From NCBI GenBank assembly GCA_965202585.1, contig OZ241829.1:5022001-5086000 (forward strand): a DNA stretch of 64,000 nt. The letters run 5' to 3'. The notes beneath the pieces were generated by a model, which saw nothing but the letters and a program-made list of their open reading frames with translations, was not told where the DNA came from and did no database searches. This document shows positions 1 to 8,082 of this stretch, in pieces. This DNA is from Thalia democratica. Taxonomy: Eukaryota. The position numbers were made by a program, and so were the translations under genes. Position 1 is the first letter of the stretch, and each line of letters opens with the position of its first letter.

Positions 1-174
1 CTTCATTTTAAATCATAAGAGAACGGCTTTAGTTTTCTTTTTTAAAAGAATCTTTGTTTTTGTCATTTACAGAAATTACTTTATTTTATATTTCAATTTT
101 TTGTCGTCATATCATCATCATGAAACCATCATCTTTCATCTGAAAACATCATAGTTCACGTAACAACAATTACC

Positions 175-282
175 ATGGCAACACAGGCTGAATACAAGAA
201 GCAATCAAGCAACAAGTTCACTGTGTTGGACAACACACCCCAGATCAAACATGCAGTTGAGGCCAACAAACTGCAGAGTGAT
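175..282 (+). CDS. Nebulin-family exon 1 (MATQAEYKKQSSNKFTVLDNTPQIKHAVEANKLQSD); alternative exon start at 187
   Basis: ACCATGG context, in-frame upstream TGA at 121-123, donor GTGAGT at 283. The alternative acceptor ACACAG ends at 186. Confidence 0.8.
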
Positions 283-3200
283 GTGAGTTGTTTTTTGATT
301 AATTTTTATTTTAAATTGACTAATTTTATTGTTGTTTTAGTTGGAATATAAACAACAAGCCACTCGCAAAACTATTTCAAGCTTGGACACTCCGGCTATG
401 AGACACGCTTTCAAAGCTAACAAGCTTACAAGTGAGGTAAATGAGTAACAAGACTGATTTTATACTTTTGTAATATATCATGCGATATTGATATGAACAT
501 GAATGTCGTATACAAACTTTGTTAAACAAAATACTACAAAAACAGTAAATAGCATTCCCTAAAAATGTTACAAATATAAATTAAATGTACTTGTATTAGT
601 TGGAGTACAAAAAGGAACATAAGAAGGATATCAAAAAAGGATGGGAGTTTATTAAGGACACACCAGCGCAAGTATTTAATGAAGACATTCAAAAAGTGCA
701 GTCTCAAGTAAGAATATAAAACTACTATCTAATTGATTAATCGTTCTGTTTTCGAGTTTACTTACTTTAATTAAAATTTTTAAACAATTTTTCTATAAAA
801 GTTGTTTTATTGAACCTAAAAGTACTATTCATTCGAAGTATTAGAAAAAAATTTTAACACTTTTGTTTTTCACAAAATTTTTAAGAAATTATTTTAAAAC
901 AAATTTAATATATCTTCACAAACAAATACGATAATAAAAAACAATTTTCCAGTTCAAGTACACGAAAGATCATCGTGAAAATGACGTTGGTAAGAAGAGA
1001 AGTGTCACTGAGAGACCTGACATCCAACATGCTGTTTCGAGAAAAGACATTGTCTCCGATGTTAGTTGAATAATTACCTTAAGTAAACACAAAATCTTAA
1101 AAGTTTTTTATTCTGTTTGTTATAACAACTGAACTGTTTAAAATGGTAGTATATAAGTACGCACTTATGTTTTATAGCCAAATAATGTTTTTAGCCAAGT
1201 ATGTTATAACGTTATGATTGTTTTTTTAAAACTTAAAAAAAAATTAGAAAATCCAATGTCACGCAGATGTACAGTTTGAACACATTAATTCTTTTCATAT
1301 AAATATTATATAAAATTGATAAAACAATGATTTTTATTTCAGTATGAATACACTCGCAACCATCGTGAGGGAATACACAAGGGTTACACTTTCACTCCGG
1401 ATGCTCCACTCATCAAGAAAGCTGAAGAAGTTACCAATCTTCAGAGCGAGGTGAGAAACAAACTGATAATGTCAAATAAAAAAACTTTTTGTGAAGTTGT
1501 AGTCTAAATTTACAAAGCAAGCTGTCAAATATATTTAGGTTTGTTAGTTACTTAACTAAAACTTAAATTCTTGCAGACTCTATACAGAAGAAAGTACGAT
1601 AAAAAAGGTAAAAGCTGGCAGGTTGAAATTGCTCCATCTACACAGCTTTACAAAGAAGCACAGAAACTAACTGATAAGGTTTGTATCTTAATCTTGTTTT
1701 TTATAATCTCTACGTTGTGTAACAACAAAATTTTGAAAAAAAAAGCTTAAGTAAATTGTTAAAAAAAGAATTAAGTAACGTACAGAAACAAATTAATGTT
1801 AAAAAAAGAGTTTAAAACTACAATAGAATTAAGTCACTCTTAATTACCTTATCTTAAATAAACTTCTTACATACGAAAAATGTTAATTAAAATATTTTAC
1901 TGTATATTCCATTCATAAAAGAATTAATAATTTTTTACTTAACCAAGCAATAAATTTCAAAATCATGGTATGCTAACATCCTTCCTTTGAAACAGATCGA
2001 CTACCAGAAAGATGCTTATACTTATTTATAATTATATGTTTTGATAACTAACGCTCTAATCAGAGATTCGAAATATTTCTCCTCACAGATCGACTACCAG
2101 AAGGACGCGAAGGACATCAACTCGCGCGGAGGGATGGCCACCATGGAGGAGGACCCGTACGTGAAGAAGCAGATGGAAGCGCAGAAGCTGTTGGACGAGA
2201 GGGAGTACACGCGGGAGTACACGGAGAAGATGCAGGGACGGAGCATGACGTACGACCTCCACGGAACGTGTCAGTTCGATCACGTCATCGAAGCTGAGAA
2301 GATCAAATCTGACGTAAGTGTTCGTATGAGTAAGATGTTTATTTTAAACGCGTACGATCTCCACGGAACTTGTCAGTTCGATCACGTAATCGAAGCCGAG
2401 AAGATCAAATCTGACGTAAGTGTTCGTATGAGTAACGATGTTTATTTTAAACACGTACGATCTCCACGGAACTTGTCAGTTCGATAACGTCATTGAGGCC
2501 GAGAAGATCAAATCTGATGTTAAACTTTTTTTTTTAGTAATAAGAATCATTATACAGTTGTAACGTATGACTCGAAAACGATTTTCAGGTTTTTAATTTG
2601 GTTTAGATTCAGTAGAAACAACAAAATAAAACTATAAAGGTTAAATACAAAGAGGATTATGAAACAACCATGAAGGGCAAAGGAGCAACGATGACAGATA
2701 AACCTTACATGGATGTTATTCAAGCTAAAGAAGCCACTAAGATTGCTAGCGATGTAAGACTGTTGTTGTAGATTATTATAATTATTATGCTTTTGAGCTT
2801 TGGTACTTCTATGTCAAGTTTTCTTAAATATAGCCTTTAAAATTTCAAATTAATTAAGCAAAACTTTTTATTCAAATTTGTTTAAAGTATAGTTTTTCAT
2901 CACTAAGTATTATTTATCTGTTATTAAACAACACAAACTTAGCTTACAAAGAACTATTTGATGAACAACATTCAATACAATTTTTTGTAAACTAGGTACA
3001 CTACAAAGCCGACTACAACCAGAACATCAAAGGAAAAGGAGCGACCGTCACTCACGAACCAACGATGCTTCTTGCCTGCGCTCAGAAGGCAACCAAGATC
3101 AACAACGAGGTATGAAAAAACCTTACGTAAGAAATAATATTTTAAATTAATACAAATAATTACCAGATGAGCTACCGACAAGACTTGAAGAAGACCATAG

Positions 3201-6146
3201 GAAAGGGAGCTTCTCAGATGCTCGACACTCCCGACTTGAGGAGAGTGAAGAAGACCCAGCAGACATTCTCAAGTGTAAGCACCATAATCTGTTTTCTACT
3301 ATTTGTACTATAAATTGAAAGCCTTAAAGCACATAAAAGAAAAGTATAAAAATAACACAAAACTACATACATTATGACGGAATTTTTAAATTTGTAGTAG
3401 ACGTTTTCATGCCAAAACTTGACTGTTCCAAACTCTTTTAATTTAACACCAAAGTTGTATCTCATATACTTTTTATTTCTTATAACTGTATAACCTTACA
3501 ACAAAACAGATCGGGTACAGAGCAGAGGCGGAGAGAATGAGAGCCAAGGGAAGTCAATCCATGGCAATAACAGACACTCCGGACATGAGACTGGTGAAAC
3601 ACAATCAGCAAAACTTCAGTGACGTTAGTTAATTATTCACAACTTTTAAACATTGCATAAATACTCAAATTGTATGAAAAATTTGAAACGTTTTCAAATT
3701 TTAAAAATTATTATATACTTGGGTATGTTTGTTAAACTACTTACCTCCAAAACATACCAAAGAAGCTAAAAGAATTCAATGATGCCAATTACTTAAACTT
3801 TAAAGCTGTATTCTCTAGTTCTTAAACCATGTTGATTAACAACTAATAGATGCTAATAGAGTTTTTATTTTATTTATTATTTTAGAGTAATTTAATTTTT
3901 TAGTTTTACTAACTTACACACTCTTTATAACTTGTAATTATCTATTAGATTAGCGTTCTTTTTAAAAGTTATAGCTTTGAAGTTAACAGTAAATAATAAA
4001 TATTTATCATAAATAATATTTAAGGTCAACTACAAAGACCAAGTGAAGCGAACTTCGATTAATTGTTTGGACACTCCAGGATACAGAACTGCTCTTAAAA
4101 ACACCAAGAATTTCAGTCAGGTGATAATAATTACTATTTTAGTAACTTTAAGAACTTTTCGATCTATCTAGTATCATTTGAAAAATAAGTAAATTATTAA
4201 AAAGTAAAAAACTTATGTAATTTTACATTAATATTACTTGACAAAATGTTTTATACATACAAGCTTTTCACAATAACAAAGTTTAAACCAAACTTAGATC
4301 TAACAACAATCAGAAAAATTATTAGCAGAAGATTGCTGTACATTTTTACGTACCAGGCTATAAATAATACTGATTAAAATAATGTAACATATCAACTATA
4401 ACCAAATAAACTCAAAACAGCAAAACTACAAGCAGAAGATTGCTGTACATTCGTACGTACCAGACCTCCGTATGCAGCACGCCACAAAAGTTGCCAGGAT
4501 CCAATCAGAAACTCAGTACAGAAACACTCCTTCATCATTGAGCAGTCGACCGCCAAGCGGAGCTGCTTTTAGAAGTTTGATTACAATTTTTTTTTTAAGT
4601 ATAGAAACTATAAAGTGTTTAAGTTTTATTTATAATCTTGAAACAATATTATAAAAAGTATAAGGGTTTTAGAAAAGTTAAAATTAAATTTAGTTTCGGA
4701 ATTATTATACAACTAATATACTTTTATCATACTTTTTTCGTAATTTTTTTTATTTACATAAAATTTTATACTTACAACCACCTAACTGTTTAAAATATTT
4801 TCATCACGTTAAACCCAAACCTTTAAGGTGATTTCTACAACAACGGAGTTGGAAACGGCTTTCTTCGCAACGATTCGACACTAGGGAACTGGAAGAGCGC
4901 GAAAGTGGGGAATTCCCGCCCATCGAGCGCCCAGGGATCGAGACAGGTAGAGAGGGAGGCGAGAAGCAGGTCGGCCAGTGGGTGGCGTCGTAACGCTTCG
5001 TTGATTTCGAGACCCAATAGTGCGAGTGGGTATAGAGGTCGCTATGGAGACAGTGACGCTGGATCACAAACTGGTGAATTAACTGTTTTAATGTTAAGAG
5101 AGATGTAATATTTTTGATGTTTAAGTTTTATTTATTTACTTATGACTCATTCATTTTTATGCATGTTAGTTATACTGTCTTTTAGACTAAGTAAAACAAA
5201 AAATGCTTTTTGAAAATTTATTTTAATGAATTAATTCTTGACAACTAAACTGTATTCATTAATGCGTTATTTAGTTTGTTTTAATTAAATTTTTTTATAA
5301 AGTTTTGCAAAATTTTGTAAAACTACACTAATATGTGGCTACCGCATTTAAAACATTACTAGCAAAATTATCTTGTTAGTTTCAACATAAATAATATTTA
5401 GTTAACAAGTTTAAACATAATAACTTTACAGGTCGATCAAGTGCGTGTAGTGATTATGGAAGTGAAGCTTCAAAACACAAGGTCATTGTGGAGTACGATC
5501 TTTCAAATCAGGAAAATTCTCGCGTGTTGACTCCCGGACCCGGAACTGTTAGTTATCAGTGTAAAATATAAGTTTATAACAGATTATTTGAATTTTTTAC
5601 TTCAAAATATAAAAATATTAGGACAAATTCTAATAAGACTTTTGGATCATGGTAACAATTAAGTGTAGCAAATTTGTAAAATATTTTACAACCAGAGTAT
5701 CTGCTTTAAAGTAACTTTTTACTTTAACTGTACAAAATATAAAAAAGTAGAAACATAAATAAAAAACTTTACAAATAGTTGTTTTTGATTTACAGCAAAA
5801 CTAAAATAATGCTTTATAAAAAACTAAATCATCTGATAGTGATTGTTTGATAAACTTTAAAAACAACAGATACACTGTTTTTTAGTTATTTTCATTTAAA
5901 AACGCACACTTGTCGTTACTAAACATCACCAATAGTTTTCTTATTAATTTATAATTTTTTTAGTTGAAACACCGCGCCATGTACGCTTACGAGGCGACGG
6001 CGCGTGACGAGGTCAGTTTCAAGCAGGGTGACGTCATAATCAACGCCATGAGCATCGATGACGGAAGTTGGATGCTTGGAACTGTTGTCAGGACCGGGTT
6101 GTCGGGAATGTTGCCTAGCAACTACGTCAGACCCGTGACGTCATAA
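175..6146 (+). CDS. NEB/NEBL-like: Nebulin-family actin-binding protein, nebulette-like architecture: 14 nebulin modules + Ser/Arg-rich linker + SH3. 16 exons, about 699 aa; may be 5'-incomplete. Orthology within NEB/NEBL/LASP is not resolvable here.
   Basis: Manual splicing gives one open frame: 175-282, 341-436, 600-707, 953-1060, 1343-1450, 1577-1678, 2089-2313, 2640-2753, 2996-3109, 3167-3274, 3510-3623, 4025-4120, 4421-4574, 4828-5073, 5432-5547, 5964-6146 (2100 nt), all GT-AG. Repeat exons are phase 0, begin xxY[KRTQ] and end S[DEQS]-like with a central D/ETP motif, as in the nebulin SD|xxYK layout. The last exon is an SH3. Confidence 0.92.
341..436 (+). CDS. Nebulin-family exon 2 (LEYKQQATRK...NKLTSE)
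   Basis: TTTTAG acceptor, GTAAAT donor, one module, phase 0. Confidence 0.9.
600..707 (+). CDS. Nebulin-family exon 3 (LEYKKEHKKD...KVQSQ)
   Basis: TATTAG acceptor, GTAAGA donor, one module. Confidence 0.9.
953..1060 (+). CDS. Nebulin-family exon 4 (FKYTKDHREN...DIVSD)
   Basis: TTCCAG acceptor, GTTAGT donor, one module. Confidence 0.9.
1343..1450 (+). CDS. Nebulin-family exon 5 (YEYTRNHREG...NLQSE)
   Basis: TTTCAG acceptor, GTGAGA donor, one module. Confidence 0.9.
1577..1678 (+). CDS. Nebulin-family exon 6 (TLYRRKYDKK...KLTDK)
   Basis: TTGCAG acceptor, GTTTGT donor, degenerate module. Confidence 0.85.
1992..2015 (+). pseudogene. Truncated duplicate of the exon 7 acceptor and first codons (pseudo-exon)
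   Basis: ACAGATCGACTACCAGAA is an exact 18-nt match to 2085-2102 (offset 93) and runs into TAA at about 2029. Confidence 0.8.
2089..2313 (+). CDS. Nebulin-family exon 7, two modules (IDYQKDAK...LLDEREYTRE...KIKSD)
   Basis: TCACAG acceptor, GTAAGT donor; lies within ORF 2041..2487; about 59% GC. Confidence 0.9.
2251..2520 (+). repeat. Tandem repeat of about 2.6 units (period 102/103 nt) spanning the 3' end of exon 7 and its donor
   Basis: Unit TACGA(C/T)CTCCACGGAAC...AAGATCAAATCTGA(C/T)GT starts at 2251, 2353 and 2456. Confidence 0.95.
2640..2753 (+). CDS. Nebulin-family exon 8 (VKYKEDYETTMKGKG...KIASD)
   Basis: Weak AAG acceptor, GTAAGA donor; classic YK-DYE-KGK module. Confidence 0.88.
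2996..3109 (+). CDS. Nebulin-family exon 9 (VHYKADYNQNIKGKG...KINNE)
   Basis: AACTAG acceptor, GTATGA donor. Confidence 0.9.
3167..3274 (+). CDS. Nebulin-family exon 10 (MSYRQDLKKTIGKG...LDTPDLRRVKKTQQTFSS)
   Basis: TACCAG acceptor, GTAAGC donor; DTPD-RVKK-Q motif typical of C-terminal nebulin modules. Confidence 0.9.
3510..3623 (+). CDS. Nebulin-family exon 11 (IGYRAEAERM...TDTPDMRLVKHNQQNFSD)
   Basis: AAACAG acceptor, GTTAGT donor. Confidence 0.9.
4025..4120 (+). CDS. Nebulin-family exon 12 (VNYKDQVKRT...KNFSQ)
   Basis: TTTAAG acceptor, GTGATA donor. Confidence 0.88.
4311..4356 (+). pseudogene. Dead partial duplicate of the exon 13 5' end (pseudo-exon)
   Basis: 4324-4356 matches 4431-4463 with 2 mismatches (offset 107); TAC AAG (YK) is changed to TAT TAG (stop). 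Confidence 0.85.
4421..4574 (+). CDS. Nebulin-family exon 13 (QNYKQKIAVH...IQSETQYRNTPSSLSSRPPSGAAFR): last module and start of the Ser-rich linker
   Basis: AAACAG acceptor, phase-1 GTTTGA donor that joins in frame to exon 14. Confidence 0.85.
4828..5073 (+). CDS. Nebulin-family exon 14, Ser/Arg-rich linker (SDFYNNGVG...DAGSQTG)
   Basis: TTTAAG acceptor, GTGAAT donor, phase 1-1; overlaps ORF 4905..5108. Confidence 0.85.
5432..5547 (+). CDS. Nebulin-family exon 15, linker (RSSACSDYGSE...LTPGPGT)
   Basis: TTACAG acceptor, GTTAGT donor; frame is continuous into the SH3. Confidence 0.85.
5964..6146 (+). CDS. Nebulin-family terminal exon, SH3 domain (LKHRAMYAYEATARDEVSF...GSWMLGTV...GMLPSNYV)
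   Basis: TTTTAG acceptor; SH3 signatures AMY-Y, DEVSF, W-G, GMLPSNYV as in nebulin/LASP SH3; stop TAA. Confidence 0.95.
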   Translation: MKHRAMYAYEATARDEVSFKQGDVIINAMSIDDGSWMLGTVVRTGLSGMLPSNYVRPVTS

Positions 6147-6245
6147 ATAATGACGTCATAATTTACCAGGCGCCGCTGCTGGTGATAAAACTTTAAAGTA
6201 TTTGTGTTAATAACATTTGTAAAAATATTAATTTTTTGTCTTTCA

Positions 6246-6251
6246 AATAAA
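6246..6251 (+). terminator. Putative polyadenylation signal of the nebulin-family gene
   Basis: AATAAA 100 nt after the stop, followed by T/GT-rich sequence. Confidence 0.5.
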
Positions 6252-7872
6252 ATTTTTTCGGTCCAGGGTTTTTTTTTTGGTTTTTAAATCGTGTATATCA
6301 CAATTTCTGTTAACATAAAATGGTTTTGTTCATGATTATTTTTCCGTTGTACTTTTGTTTCGTGAATGTTGACTAATAAAATAACATATGTGAAACTTGT
6401 TGTTACACTTTGTAATAGGCTATAAAGTATCTTTAGTTTAAAATTTGTACACCCTTTTAAAAACAATAAAGAGTATTTGTCATTCATAAACTTTATAAAT
6501 ATTTTTATGTGACTTCGGTTAAAAAAATGTCTATAATTAATATGCTTCAAAATTGTAAATTTGAAAATCATCAAAAATCTATTTTGAATTTAAGCTTAGT
6601 GGTAGCTAAAAGTATTAAAGTAAAGACACTTCTTTAAACTACAAAAGTTTTTGTTTTTATTAACTAACAAATTTTGATGAAATAAATATAAAAAGTTCTA
6701 CAGTAATGATAAAGTACCTTCAAAAAGTATGTAAAATATGTTAAAGTTTTTTTTATTTTATAAAAGTCTATTTATATATATATGATTTAACTTTTGTAAC
6801 AATGTTTTACGCTTATGTTTGAGTAAAAGAAAACAACTTATATTGAAAAAATGCATTTTAAAATTTAAGTGCTACTTGAATAATATAAACAGTTTTAGCT
6901 AAAAACCACAAAAACGTTTTGTTTAATTTATCTTGACAGCTGAAGCAATAACTAAAGCTGAATAATTCATTTAAGCTCTAAACAGGAAGTAACTTATTGC
7001 CTACTTTTAAAAGTATTCCCAAGCTTAAATTTAGTAAAAATAATAAGGAAGCTTTTTACTTAAAAAGGTACCTAAACTTTTTTTTTTGTATAAATTATAT
7101 AAAATTTTTAGTCAAATGATGTATACTAGTTTTAGTTTGCAGTTAGTTTGAGAATCAAGCCTAAGTGTTTATTGTTTTTTTTTTAATATATCTTTGCTTT
7201 TGGTATTAGTTTGCACTCAAAATTAAAAGATTTTATTTTATTTTAGTTATAAACTTACATTACCCTCTAGTTATAACTGCAACAAATTATTAAGCTTAAT
7301 GAAGCAGTTAATAAAAAACTATAAATATTAAAATATTGTAATCATTACATAACTATTACGGTAAATATAATCTTCTTAAGTTAGAAATTAATTTAATCTT
7401 AACTTACTACCTTAAAGCTCATGTAAAAATTTCATTATATATTATGAGCTAAAAAGTATTAGATTACATTTGCATGTAGTAGGTTTTCAAAAAAAAAATT
7501 GTAAAAAAACATACCGGTTGTTTAAAACTCAAAAAAATTATTTTAAAGTTTCAGATAATTTTGTGAATTTTTTTAACAAGTATCATGAAACTGACAAATA
7601 GAATTAAGTTTAACTGTTCTGATTTTCAAAAAACATCACTGTTATAGTTAAAGTTTTATTTTATAAAAGTTAGCTATGCATAGCTCACAAGATTTAATTT
7701 TATTTTAAGTTAATAAGTGGTGGTTAAAAGACGTTTAAACCTACTAGGTTAAACCTTTAAAAACGTAACGTAACCATAATCATCAGTTCGATGTGGTACT
7801 AATATGTATAAAAGTAATTTATATCTTTAATATCTTCAATAATGAATAGATTTATTAAATCAATAAACACAA

Positions 7873-8082
7873 ATGGTTTCCAACTCAACTCAACCAGCTG
7901 AACTTGTAACTGTTGAGGACGGGTGTTACTCCTTGGTGATTGTGTTCTCACTTTTCCTTTTCATATCAATATTCGTGTATATTCTCAACCTCATATTTGA
8001 TTTGGACGAGAAAAAATCGGATAACTTCGGCTACATCCGGTATGGAACTTTGGATGAGGGTTATGATGAATTGGAAAGATAA
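7873..8082 (+). CDS. Candidate 69-aa single-pass membrane microprotein (hypothetical)
   Basis: ATG in ACAAATGG context. The ORF is 39% GC against 12-15% in the adjacent 60-nt lines. It has a 23-aa hydrophobic segment, an N-terminal NST sequon and a Tyr-containing acidic tail. TATAAAAG at 7807 and AATAAA at 8116. Confidence 0.55.
   Translation: MVSNSTQPAELVTVEDGCYSLVIVFSLFLFISIFVYILNLIFDLDEKKSDNFGYIRYGTLDEGYDELER

Noticed and set aside
2041-2487. 148-aa ORF as a stand-alone gene
   Set aside because: It is nebulin exon 7 plus intron read-through across the tandem duplication; its TTG start lies in the intron.
6284-6574. 96-aa minus-strand ORF and similar AT-rich ORFs (3214, 8178, 14408, 33136, 48186, 48909, 53557, 56584, 63591)
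   Set aside because: Low-GC, F/L/I/K-rich chance frames without recognisable motifs or any GC step.
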